This document shows, one piece after another, positions 51,674-64,000 of a stretch of 64,000 bases of DNA (the stretch's first letter is position 1; each line of letters begins with the position of its first letter). Made by a program: the position numbers and the translations under genes. The notes under the pieces are model-generated. The model did no database searches. It saw nothing but the letters and a program-made list of their open reading frames with translations, and was not told the origin of the DNA. The stretch covers positions 63,116,001-63,180,000 of the forward strand of contig OZ024747.1 of the NCBI GenBank assembly GCA_964016885.1, read 5' to 3'. Source of the stretch: Eledone cirrhosa (Eukaryota).

Positions 51674-52462
51674 CACGTGATTTGTTATTGCAGATGTGTT
51701 GTTTGAGGCAATGTTAGATAAATAGAAATGGAAACAAAAGCAAATTGATGTAGGAAATGGAATGAGACGAAAAAAAGGTGACTAAGTAGAGAATATATTG
51801 TGTGTGTGTGTGAGTCTCTGTGAGTGTCTGTTTGTGTATGTGTGTCTATGTTTGTATGTGTCTGTGTTTGTATTTATCTAGAATCTCAAACACAATTTCT
51901 TAACTAATCACCCCAAAATAATCTCAATATGTGAGAGTGCTATATCAATTTCAATGTGAATGTGTTTTATCTCCATTAATTTCTTTAAATAGAAACCTAT
52001 TAAACTTTCACATGTACAGCAATTTCAAAGTGAGGTTCATTTTATTTCTAAAATGTAATAATCTTTGCTTGCAGGAAAAATGGGTGTTAAATGATTAAAC
52101 AATTATACTGGTCCGATCATCACCATCATCACGTCTGCTTTCTATACTGGCATGTATTGGAGGTGTTATTACAGTTCAATTCAGTTCTGTTTCAGGGTTA
52201 TGTGTCTAGATTGGTTAGGGGCCCCATGTCTGCTCATACATTTGAATTTTTGCACTATCTAACAGCAACTATTTTACATTGTGTACAAGGTATATTTTAT
52301 AACTGCACCCACACTAAAGAGATTGTTATGTCCTTGGCAAGAATAAAGACCCCTCGCTACACTACATTGTCTCTTCTCATTTGCTAACTACTTTCCAGAA
52401 TACATTGTATCTATTTTAAAGTAACACCAACACTAGAAATGATGTTGAAACTGTTGCATTGC

Positions 52463-52675
52463 ATTGACAGTATCGGTACTGCGTCAGACACGATCCTTTT
52501 CAACATAGAGTTATGGCCCTTTACATTCTGAGTTCAAATCCCGCCAAGGTTAACTTTCTGTTCATCCTTATGGAGTCAATAAAATAAAATAACACTAATG
52601 CACCGGGGTTGATTTAATTGACGCCCCCCCCCCCCTCAAATTGCTGGACTTGTGCCTAAATTTGAAACTATTATT
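52463..52675 (+). mobile_element. SINE family 1
   Basis: gagttcaaatcccgccaaggttaacttt core. Confidence 0.8.
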
Positions 52676-54077
52676 TGTGTGTATTAACTTTTGTGTATTA
52701 ATAGTACTCATTTTGACTCAAGATTTCCAGATACATTTCTATTTCACAGAGTAGTATTATATCCTGAGTTAAGCCCAACATATAATGTTACTTAGTTACA
52801 AATTCAAATCATTAATTTAGCATGAGTCTAAGAAATAATGAGATATTCCGGCTTTCCTAGAATAGGGTTTTGATGTAGTTAAATATTTAGATTGATTTTA
52901 GCTTCATGGCTGTTGAGAAGATGTGGGCTGGGAGAATTTTTCAAAGAATGGAAAACAAAGTTAAATTGAAAATATCAAACAGTTGGGTGTCAGGATATGA
53001 CATTTTTTAACCTTGTGTATTATATAAAGATTTTCATATATGAATTATGTTTTGAAAGTATTGTGATGATATTACAAAAAATGTAAATGTCTAAAATCCC
53101 AAACAATGCATGTAATGAAATAAAAGCTAATGTTTTATTCAAAATTTTCAGTCTTGGAATACTTTCATCAGAGAATCAGTATTACAGAAATGTTTTAGTG
53201 TTACAATTCATTGAAAATTCTGAATAATACATTAGGTTTTATTTCTTTACCCACATTGTTTGGGCTTTTAATAATTTAAAATTTTCATAGGTTTTTTTTT
53301 AATGTTTGTTCCTTATATCACTTAAAACTTAGTCCATAAAATATCAAAACCTAAAATGCAGTGCCCATAACATTTTAGGACCATTTAAATAGTAAAGCTG
53401 AGTTTGTTTAATTTGAATATCTGAAAAGAATTTGTTATTTTTACTGTTTAACCTGGAAAGGAAGTTCAGTGTCCATGATAACATTTGGGGCCACTCAGGC
53501 TGGGGGATGGGAAGTTATCCTCAAACTAGAGATCTAGTCAAAATACTTGCAAAAGAGTGAGAGAATTCTGCTAAATACAACAAAGGACCTGGTAGTGAAA
53601 CTAACAGGGTTGATGATTAATTTGAACCTCTGCAGCTTGATATTTGTAGATGAGGTTAGGGAGAATGTTACAGTGGACTGTAATTATAGGAAGAGGAGAT
53701 TTATGTAAGAGTTTAGTACTGAGGTTAAGGGGGTCGATCTCAGTTTGAATGATGAGAGGAGCAGTGATCATCACCATCATCACCATTGTTTAACATCCAT
53801 TTTCCATGCTTGCATGGGTCCACGTCATGAGACAAGTCTGGCCAGATTGGCCACACCACACCTTGCTCAGACAGAACTATAAATTTGACTGGGATTTCTA
53901 CAGCTAGATGCCCATCCTAACACCAACCACATTAACAATGTGGAACTGGTAAGCACATCAAATGATTTTGGCTGATGGGCTACACAGTTTGTTAGTTTGG
54001 AAGACAGAAGCTATTGTAATATTGATAGAGGACACAGGCAGAAGACATATGTTAATGTTTGAGTGATTGTAGTCCAC

Positions 54078-54334
54078 TTAACTCTTTAATGTCCTGTACC
54101 CCATGGAATCACATTTAGCATTTACATTACTCTATATTTACTATTGTATTTCTGCAGTAAAGGCTTTATCTTACATAATTATCTCCCATAATATCGAATC
54201 TATGAGATTTCGATATTATTTATTTTGAGAATAATACCTTAACGTCAGTATGAGCAGCCAGTTACAGGTGGTTTGAACACAAAGGGGTGAGAGAATTCTG
54301 GCCAGATATGGCTGTTTAAATACTAAAGGGTTAA
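54078..54334. mobile_element. TTAA-flanked MITE
   Basis: ttaactcttt...aaagggttaa; homologous to 10997-11212. Confidence 0.7.
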
Positions 54335-54782
54335 CAAGACATTCTTGAAAAGTACAAAACAGCACTATGACTGCATCACATTAACAATCAAAGTTCATTC
54401 TAATTATACATCATCACCATCACCACCACCACCACCATCGAGATAATCTCTCTTCCTTTCCCTTTTCTTGCCAATACTACATCATCATCATCATCACAAC
54501 CACCGTCACCACTCACCACCACCACCACCACCATCACCACCATCACCATCAAGATCATCTCTCTTCCTTTCACTTTTCTCATCAATTCTCATCTGCTTTA
54601 TTTTAGTTTACTGCAAATGTTCACAAAGTTTTGTCTACTCATAAAGATATAAACTTTTGTATTAACAGACCTGTTTTTAAATATTATCTGCGAAATCACT
54701 GTAGGATGTTATGAGTTCATTAAAATTATGGACCATGTAGCTATCTTGTCTATATGAAACACAAAAATTAAAACTGTGTAAT

Positions 54783-54966
54783 GTGGGAGCCCCTACATGG
54801 ACACACTGGAAGAGGAAGACCAAGGTTAACGTATGTTGATGCCCTAAGGACAGACACTGGTCTGTTGGAGACGCAGGACATGGCAGCAATAATGAGGGAC
54901 AGAGACCGCTGGAGAGAACTTCTCCATGGATCTCGGGAATTTTACCCGCCCTAGATAGAGAGAGAG
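54783..54966 (+). mobile_element. RTE/RTEX-like LINE 3' end
   Basis: WEPLHGHTGRGRPRLTYVDALRTDTGL...RDRWREL. Confidence 0.8.
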
Positions 54967-55048
54967 ATGTGTGGTTTCTGAATTAAATTGATATCACAAA
55001 AAACTTCGCTGTTCTCTTCTTTTAGGATGAAATATGATTTAAGACCAT

Positions 55049-55398
55049 GGAGGCAATGGCTTAGTGGTTAGAACATTGGTCTTGCAATCGAAAGGTTGCG
55101 AGTTCAATTCTCAGACCGGGTGATGTGTTGTTTCCTTGAGCAAGACACTTTATTTCACATTGCTCCAGTTTACTCAGCTATAGAAATGAGATGATAGGGA
55201 CTGGGGTCCATATCATTCCACTGCAAAGTGGACGTGTAGGTACCATGGCAAAAAAGCACCCAGCACTCACTGTAAATGAGGTTAGTGTTAGGAAGGGCAT
55301 CCAGCTGTAGAAATCAAGCCAAAATCAGTTTCCGTCCCACCCTTGCAAGCAGGGAAAAAGCAGACATAAAATTAAATGATGAAAATGATGATGATGAT
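55049..55398 (+). mobile_element. SINE family 2, full length
   Basis: Near-identical to 15428-15772. Confidence 0.9.
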
Positions 55399-55539
55399 CT
55401 GGTTTTACAGGTGGAATAATCAAATAAAGAATTACAGATTTTGTTGGAAGTATTATGAGGATTGGATCAAACGATTAGACCACAGATGACATTTCTAACT
55501 GGTTAATATGTTTAGAGAAATAAATAAATTATTATATAC

Positions 55540-55945
55540 ACGTGTGTACTGGTATGTGTGTGTATGTATGTGTGTATGTATGTGTGTATATACGTATATG
55601 TGTAATTATATATGTAGGTGTGTGTGTATTTGTGTGATGTATGTCTGTTTGTATGTATGTATGCATATGTGTTTGTATGTGCATATATACGTATGTATGT
55701 GTGTGTATTTGTGTGATGTATATCTGTTTGTGTGTATGTATGCATATGTGTTTGTGTGTGAGAGTCTATATTTGTATGTATATGTGTTTGTGTTTATGGA
55801 TGCGTATGTGTTTTTATCTATTTGTGTGTATGCCTGCGTATGTATTTGTATATGTTTGTGTGTATATTTGTATGTTTATATGTTTGCATGTGTTTATGAT
55901 TTATGTGTATGTGTGTTAATATTGGTATATTTATGTGTATGTGGC
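55540..55945. repeat. Degenerate (TG/TATG)n tract
   Basis: Directly visible. Confidence 0.9.
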
Positions 55946-56891
55946 TTATATATTACATTTTCTACTTTGCTAACTAATAACTTTAGTAAAGATATAAAGT
56001 TGGAAGATAAGATTTATATTTGCTTATTTTCTGTTTGTTTTTGTTCTTTCCCCATTTGACTTGTCTGAGTTAAATCAATAATTTGAATATATTGGAGAGA
56101 GTAAAAAGTAAAGACTTATTGAAATTTTTCAGATCAAATGGAAAGGTTAAAGCGTGAAACATTTGCTACAGAACATTTCCATCAATCAATTAAATTTATT
56201 ATTATTTTTTTTTCACAAACTTCCGAGATGAGCATTAAAAAAAAAATAACAATTTTATAAATTCTTCAAAAACAGCAAATAACTGCTATCTGTAATAGTA
56301 AATAAATATTATTTAAAGAAATAAACCAGAATTAAAATGTGCAGAAAAAACAATTTTTTAGTATTGAAATGTCACATTATTTATAAAATAGATAATACCT
56401 ATATTTTATATATATATGTTTGCCAATCCAATATTAAATACAAAACAGAAACGGTACTTGTTAAAGGTAAATATTTTGATGACAAATTTTAAAATGACAT
56501 CAATAGAAAAAAATGTTGTTTAGACAAACAAGTAGGAAAGATGATATCACTAATTAGATAAAAACTGCTTTTATTTATTTATGTATCTATCTATATTTTT
56601 ATTTAATTAATTTCAACATCCATGTAGAGCTAGTAAGCCATGACAATTTAACAGAGGTATCTCCATGTAATTAAGAAGCAATAACAAAAGAGATACAAAG
56701 AGAGAAAATAGAAAAGAAAGAGAATGACAACAGAAAGCAAAAGAAATATAAATGATTAAAAGGTGAAAAACAAAGACAACTTATAAAGCAACTAACATTT
56801 TCTGTTCTTGAATCCTTTCATGGCCTCCATACACTTGTTTATAGAAGGTATATCCTTGACAATATATTACACCTCCAATCTTGGTAAATTT

Positions 56892-57110
56892 TTACCCCTT
56901 TAGCATTTAAATCGGCTGTATCTGACCAGAATTCTTTCACTTCTTTCTGTTCAAACTGGTCGAAACTGGCCACTCATATTGATGTTTAAGTATTGTTCTC
57001 AAAATAAATAACATCAAAATCTCTTATATGTGAGATAATTATGTGAGGTAAAGCCTTTACTGTGATAATACAATAGCAACTATAGAGTAATGTTGATGGT
57101 AAAGGGTTAA
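56892..57110. mobile_element. TTAA-flanked MITE
   Basis: cccctttagcatttaaa...taaagggttaa. Confidence 0.7.
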
Positions 57111-58482
57111 AGACCAGGTTCAAGATATCATCGCTCTCAGACTGGGAACATTTTACATTGGAATTGTAAAAGTCACAATATGGTTCCCTGATCAGTTTAG
57201 TCTTGTACAATAATGATGATGATATATATGCGACAGGCTTTTGCACAGTTTCTGATTACAAAAGCATACCTGAATTTGCAGCTGCAGTATAAGATATTTG
57301 CCACAAGGGCCAAGCAATGGGGGATCAAACCTGAAACTATATAGCTTCAAAGTGAACATTTTAACCACACAACCATACCTTTGCCTAAATTATTAACAAA
57401 AAACCCAACTGAGATATCTAATATAAAAACTGAACTAAATGAAACATGACATAATATTTCAGTGAAACTAATATCTATGAAATGAATAATTAGATTGATA
57501 AAAAAGAACTCTAATCAACTGAAATGTCCCAAACTGAATCAGCCATGTTATCTGTAGTCAGGAATTTTAGTCTCTTGAGGATTATGTTAATGGATATTGA
57601 TATAAAAATGTCAGAAAAACTAATGAATTATTTAAAAACTGGATAGAGGACTAACTAATTTAGCTCTACTAATTTACTCAAGTTGTTACATGCTTCCAGT
57701 GTATATGAATATAAAGAGTAATTAGCTCGTTAACCTTAATTACTAATGCCAGGTTAAATTAGTAGCAATTGCGAGAGAGAGATTTATAAAATTATGATTG
57801 GTATCATTTATGCTTTGGTTCTTGTTTTGTTGTTGTTGTTTTTTTTTCCAACTTTTTTCAATTTCATTTCAAATTGAAAGTTTGTGAACTGGAATATATA
57901 TCTCTCTCTCTATAACTCTTACTTTGTATCTTTCTTTTTGTCTTTCTCTTTTTCTCTGCCTGTCTCCCCCCCCCTCTCTCGTACTCTCTCTCCCCCTTTC
58001 TCTTCATATCTCTCTCTCTCCTTCTCTCTCTCTTGCACATTGTTCTTTCTCTCCATCTTTCTCTCCTTATCTTTCTCTCCTCCCTTGCACATTGTTTTGC
58101 CTAATTCATCATTCATTTAACAAACACACACAGATACCGCACACGAAAATAATACACACGTGCATCACAAAGACACACACATGCACCACGAATATACATA
58201 CATAGCACAAAAAATACATCAGTACCACACCCACACACATACACACACACACACACACAAACCAACCAACCAACCAAGATGTCGTTTTTCTTGTTTTCAT
58301 TATCACGGTATTAAATATGCTGTCATATGTTTGTACGCAATAAAATATCTGATACAATCAAACAACAAACTTGTAAATTTATTCAAGCTATATAAACTGT
58401 AATATATTGTATAGACATACAATATTACACAATATTAATAGTTTAGTTAATATGAAGTAAAGTTAATATTTAGTTAATATGT

Positions 58483-58817
58483 GGAGGCACATGGCTTAGT
58501 GGTTAGAGCATTGGGCTTGCAATCGAAAGTTCAATTCTCAGACCGGTTGATGTGTTGTTTCCTTGAGCAAGACACTTTATTTCACATTGCTCCAGTTTAC
58601 TCAGCTGTAGAAATGAGATGAGAGGGACTGGGGTCCCTATCATTCCACTGCAAAGTGGTCATGGAGGTGCCACGGCAAAAAAGCACCCAGCACTCACTGT
58701 AAATGAGGTTGGTGTTAGGATGGGCATCCAGCTGTAGAAATCAAGCCAGAATCAGTTCCCGTCCCACCCTTGCAAGCAGGGATAAGTGGACGTAAAAATG
58801 AAATGAAAGGAAATGAT
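58483..58817 (+). mobile_element. SINE family 2, full length
   Basis: Near-identical to 15428-15772, with a small deletion before the B-box. Confidence 0.9.
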
Positions 58818-58949
58818 ACAAAGGTTATATTTAATTTGTTGGAATTCAACAAACTTAAAAGTTTTATAACTGATATAAAGCACTCAACAGATAGTGGAGT
58901 AAATATTAATTATATTAATAAATGGAAACTATATTTATAAAGCCATAAT

Positions 58950-59015
58950 TATTTTATTATATATATTTCAAGGGCAACCAAGGCAAATTTTGATGTGCTT
59001 TCATCAGATAAAATA
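58950..59015 (-). ncRNA. Type I minimal hammerhead ribozyme
   Basis: Minus strand: tattttat CTGATGA aagcacatcaaaatttgccttggttgccctt GAAA T-ATAT-A TA ataaaata. Confidence 0.72.
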
Positions 59016-59097
59016 CAAAATTTGTTTTATCCAGCGAACCTCCAACTGTCAAGGTTGTTCTTCTGCGGGTATGTCACCATTTATAAAACACATTTTG

Positions 59098-59163
59098 TAT
59101 TTTATCTGATGAAAGCGCACCAAAATTTGCCTTGGTTGCCTTTGAAATATATATAATAAAATA
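59098..59163 (+). ncRNA. Type I minimal hammerhead ribozyme
   Basis: tattttat CTGATGA(59106-12) aagcgcaccaa..ttggttgccttt GAAA(59144-47) T-ATAT-A TA ataaaata; predicted cut after 59155. Confidence 0.75.
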
Positions 59164-59200
59164 ATTATAGTTTTATGAATATAGTTTCCATTTATTAATA

Positions 59201-59383
59201 TAATTGTTTCTACTTTAGGCACAAGGCCAGCAATTACCCAGTACATTACTGGTACTTTATTTTATCGACCCCGTAAGGATGAAAGGTAAAGTTAACCTCG
59301 GCGGGATTTGAACTCAGACTGTAAAGGGACGTAACTATGCTAGAAAGCATGGCGTCCAACCCTCTACCGATACTGCCAATTCA
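59201..59383 (-). mobile_element. SINE family 1 (young copy)
   Basis: Reverse complement of 15865-16050. Confidence 0.9.
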
Positions 59384-59421
59384 CTTATTAATATAATGGA
59401 TATATATATATATATATATAT

Positions 59422-59958
59422 ATGATGGCTGCAAACTCTAAGAGTATTGCAATTGCTTGTCAAATTACTGAAAATGGTGCACTTTTAGGCTACAGCCAGC
59501 AACACGAACCTGTAACATATCGTGAACAAGCAATGCCTGTGCTTTGAAGGTTTTTAAGTGGGGAAAGGCCTTGCACTCGACCAATCCCACTCTCTGAGCA
59601 TCAAAAACATTACCCGAAAAGGAGAACTGGTCAACATCATCGGATACTTCCAAAGCTGCAGGTTTTTTTTTAGAGTTTCTTTCTCTTAGAAAGGTGTTGT
59701 GACAACAACTGGAGGCCTTTCACTCTCAGGTGAAAAAAAAGAAAGAAAAAAGTGCTATTTGGATGGCCGTTGACTCTGCTGAGTTCGTCCGCTCTTTGCT
59801 GGGTCTAGTATTTCATCCTGCAGGGTGTCCAAATATCATCCTCCTCATCAAGCAAGCTTGGTGGGGTTGTCGGTTTAGTTGCCGACAACCCGACTATGTG
59901 ACAGGTTGTACTGGGTTACATGTTACCAGTAATACCCGAGAGCGACCTGACATGACCA
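59422..59958. repeat. Unclassified interspersed repeat in (TA)n
   Basis: 59422-59572 resembles 43380-43553; GC-richer, with hairpin ggggttgtcgg..ccgacaaccc. Confidence 0.5.
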
Positions 59959-60781
59959 TATATATATGTATACACGAATATGCAGGTGATGTGAAATGGA
60001 GAAAGCTATATTTTAATCTTATAAATCCATATTGTCTTTTTTTTTTTCAACTCCAGTATACTCCATAAAATTGTAATGCTGGTGCAATGATAAAATTCTT
60101 CTGGTACACCATTTAAATGTGTTGTCATTAGGAAAGGCATCCAGACTTAGAAACCATGCCAAATGTGGAATGTAGGAGCAAGATGAGATCTTTCTTAGTC
60201 ATCTAATCCAGGACCTGTTCAACCCATGCCATTACAGAAATCACGTGTGAAATTTGAACTCAGAAAGCAGAGAGCCAGAATGAATACCATAAAGCATTCT
60301 ATCCAATGTTCTAACGACTCTGCCTATTCACCACCTTGTATATATGTGTATATACATCCACTAAAAGATATTTTTTAGAGCAAGGGATGATTTTATTCAA
60401 CTTGGAGTTTTCTGGGATAGATAACATTTTGAAAACTTTAACTGTAAAATACACCTCTATCTTTCCAACTGTATAAGGTAGTAGGAGTGATAATTAGTGA
60501 TATGACTGAGTTAATATTTAATTAACTAATTAGATATGATGAATGACAATTGTTCAAGTTCCATATAGCATTGTAAATAACTTTACATTGATCTACAGTC
60601 AGGATGTGGGAGCGAAATCTGGCTTCAATGTTGAAAATGTTTCAAAGTAATTACATCAATGCATTTTAATATTGTGTATGTGTTTTTGTTGCTATGCTCT
60701 AATTTTCTTTGATTGTAACATTCTTCCTGTATAAATAGATCTCTAGGAAATTAACACAATAACTCTTATCACAATTGTAGC

Positions 60782-61165
60782 CATCATTATTAAATTTGCT
60801 GCATCATCACCTGCTGAGAGATTTTCACTATCACCTCCATCATTATCATCGCCTTCATCAAGCAATCCACCATCACCAGCATTATCGTTACCATCACCTT
60901 CAGCATTATCATTATCTTCATCAAACAAACCAATATCATCACTATCAACATTATCATCACCAATACCACCAACATTATTATCATCTTCATCAAAATATCT
61001 ATCTATCATCATTATCATTATCATCAAACTAACCATCATCATCACTATCAACATTATCATCACCAATACCACCAACATTATTATCATCTTCATCAAAATA
61101 TCTATCATCATCATTATCATTATCATCAAACTAACCATCATCATCATCTTCCTCACAATTACAAT
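60782..61165. repeat. (ATC)-rich tract containing a ~105-bp direct duplication
   Basis: 60934-61040 is repeated at 61038-61145. Confidence 0.85.
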
Positions 61166-61784
61166 CAATATATTTCATTATTTAATTCTTGTCTTGCTTA
61201 ATATACTTTGTTCTTATTTCAGATATGTTCTAATTAGGATGGTTTTCATCAGAAGTGACTGGCAAACGATAAATAGGTGAGCTTTAATTTCATCAATACC
61301 TTTCTGCAGCACACTCTGCCACATCCCATATAGTTTTGCCAAATTAGTTTCACTGAATGTGAATGTGAGAATTACTACACAACTTCATTGTAGAATCAAT
61401 GTTTGACTTGCTTAGGTGTGAGATGATTCACAATTCATGTGCAATCTATGACAATTAATATTGATTTCTGAGCACCAAAGATATTCTAAGATGAAATTAT
61501 TAAATGAGTAGCTATTTACTAGACAAAGATGTCAATTAATGCACTGGCATGTACATGTTCATACATGTTTTGACTCAAATATAATAACAGAAATTTCTTT
61601 ATTTCATGCAATGTCTTAGCTAAATAGTCTAAAAATCTTCACATAGTTAGACTTAAGCAATTTTTTGTCATATGATGTATGGAACATTATTAAATATAAA
61701 TAACGGAACTATGCTGTATTTTCAGTATACATTTTTAAGCTTTTAGATCACTTTTTCTTTCAGCTATTATCATAAACATCTAAG

Positions 61785-61998
61785 GAAGGTGCAGTGGCAG
61801 AATTATTGGAGTGTTAGATAAAATGCTTCATTTAGTTATGGCCTATTATATTCTGAGTTCAAATCATGCTAAGGACAACTTTGCCTTTCATCCTTCTTGG
61901 TGGATAAAATAAAGGACCACTCAAGTATTAGGGCTAATTTAGTTGACTTTCCCCTGCTATTAAAATTTCTGGCCTTGTGCCTCAATTAGAAATCATTA
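61785..61998 (+). mobile_element. SINE family 1 (older)
   Basis: gagttcaaatc...actttgcctttcatcc...ggccttgtgcc. Confidence 0.75.
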
Positions 61999-62761
61999 TA
62001 TAAATATATGGAATGGCATACTCATGTGGATTCTGTTAGTATATGTGGTGAGAGTTAAGCTCTGTAGGGCAAGTGATTAACCATTAAGATGAGGTGATTA
62101 TAATCCAAGCCAGGATTAATTTAAACCATCTTAGATAGCCTTTACACTTATCAAGGCATTTCGTTCAATTGGGTTTGTTTGGGTCAGAGGAGTGGCAAGA
62201 GTTAATAGGAAAGGTGATAATCTTAGCTAATTTAAGCTACCTTGGGTGGTTTTTACACTTATCAAAGAGCTTCTTCTACTGGGTTCTCCTTGGCTCGGAG
62301 TTAAGGCAAGGCTAATACATATACTAACACAATAATGAATGTACATACATATATTTAAACATTAATGTACATATCTGAATGGTTAAGCAGTTTGCTTTGG
62401 AATCATTAGGTCCAAGATTCAGTTCCCCTACATGGCATCTTGAGCAAGTGGCACTCACCATAACATCTGGTCGACCTGTGACTTGTGAGTGAAATTTGGT
62501 AAGAATGAAACTGTTTGGAAGCTTGTTGGTTGGACTGTACATGCAATTAAAAGGGCCAGCTTTGTCCCCAAATTTTGTCACATTGAATCTCTCTGAGATT
62601 GAAAATAAGAGTGCACATACTTGTAGAATGTTCAAACACTTGCATGTTAATCTTATGAGCAGGCTGTCCTGATGATTGAACAATTGAAACACTCATCGTT
62701 GGAACTGATGGAAGTGTATTGAAATATATAAACATACATATATGTATATATATATATATAC

Positions 62762-64000
62762 CTACACATTAATACAAACACATACATTTCTATACATTAA
62801 TACACACACACACACACAGAAACCTACTATTTGATACAGACTTACACATTTCTATACATGAATACACGCACACATAAACCTACTATTTTATACAGACTTA
62901 CACATCTACACATTGATACACACACATATAAATATATGTATGTGTATACAGACTTACACATTTATACACGCACACACAGACCTACTATTTCATACAGACT
63001 TACACATCTACACATTGATACACGCACACATAAATATATGTATGTGTATACAGACTTACACATTTATACACGCACACACAGACCTACTATTTCATACAGA
63101 CTTACACGTCTACACATTGATACACGCACACATAAATATATGTATGTGTATACAGACTTACACATTTATACACGCACACACAGACCTACTATTTCATACA
63201 GACTTACACGTCTACACATTGATACACGCACACATAAATATATGTATGTGTATACAGACTTACACATTTATACACGCACACACAGACCTACTATTTCATA
63301 CAGACTTACACGTCTACACATTGATACACGCACACATAAATATATGTATGTGTATACAGACGTACACATTTATACACGCACACACAGACCTACTATTTCA
63401 TACAGACTTACACGTCTACACATTGATACACGCACACATAAATATATGTATGTGTATACAGACTTACACATTTATACACGCACACACAGACCTACTATTT
63501 CATACAGACTTACACATCTACACATTGATACATGCACACATAAATATATGTATGTGTATACAGACTTACACATTTATACACGCACACACAGACCTACTAT
63601 TTCATACAGACTTACACATCTACACATTTATACACGCACACACAGACCTACTATTTCATACAGACTTACACGTCTACACATTGATACACGCACACATAAA
63701 TATATGTATGTGTATACAGACTTACACATTTATACACGCACACACAGACCTACTATTTCATACAGACTTACACATCTACACATTGATACATGCACACATA
63801 AATATATGTATGTGTATACAGACTTACACATTTATACACGCACACACAGACCTACTATTTCATACAGACTTACACATCTACACATTTATACACGCACACA
63901 CAGACCTACTATTTCATACAGACTTACACGTCTACACATTGATACACGCACACATAAATATATGTATGTGTATACAGACGTACACATTTATACACGCACA
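62762..64000. repeat. 102-bp satellite (46+56-bp subunits) running off the window end
   Basis: Same unit phase recurs at 63051, 63153, 63255; both subunits start cagacttacac. Confidence 0.95.

Larger units (their letters stand above)
58908..59205. mobile_element. Inverted repeat (~120-bp arms, ~52-bp spacer); probable Penelope-like inverted pseudo-LTR pair
   Basis: 58908-59030 vs 59083-59205; each arm has a hammerhead motif. Confidence 0.7.

Noticed and set aside
51018-51717. Long ORFs (up to 193 aa), likewise 55508-56059, 60743-61168, 49607-50140, 35334-36337
   Set aside because: Translations of microsatellite or low-complexity DNA
53135-53178. Minus-strand CTGATGA...GAAA spacing
   Set aside because: Stem I and II pairings are poor; expected by chance in AT-rich DNA
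62660-62706. CTGATGA ttgaacaatt GAAAC...GTT
   Set aside because: No stem I, and the homologous repeat copy at 165-220 lacks the core

Overview
This is AT-rich eukaryotic non-coding DNA, intronic or intergenic. The repeat repertoire (tRNA-derived SINEs, RTE and CRE LINE tails, MITEs, dense (TA)n/(CA)n/(ATG)n) looks like a coleoid cephalopod, probably an octopus; that assignment is an inference from remembered repeat families. No intact host gene is evident. The ORF track is almost entirely microsatellite artefacts and LINE remnants, and only a few weak exon candidates exist. The most striking signal is a set of short fold-back elements in TA-rich sites that encode minimal type I hammerhead ribozymes. 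They lie at 36.7, 40.2 and 58.9 kb, with a mutated solo copy at 44.85 kb and a probable fourth family of half-ribozyme fold-backs at 0.3, 14.6 and 46.0 kb. All but the solo copy share a downstream 'actc...ttgagt(a/g)c' motif or a decayed version of it. The architecture matches inverted pseudo-LTRs of Penelope-like elements or non-autonomous retrozyme-like elements. Also notable: minisatellites born inside SINEs (one with a higher-order repeat), a 41-bp array rich in TGACGTCA motifs, and a ~210-bp inverted repeat pair 3.7 kb apart with an empty/filled MITE site. All calls were made by eye and coordinates of decayed repeats are approximate.
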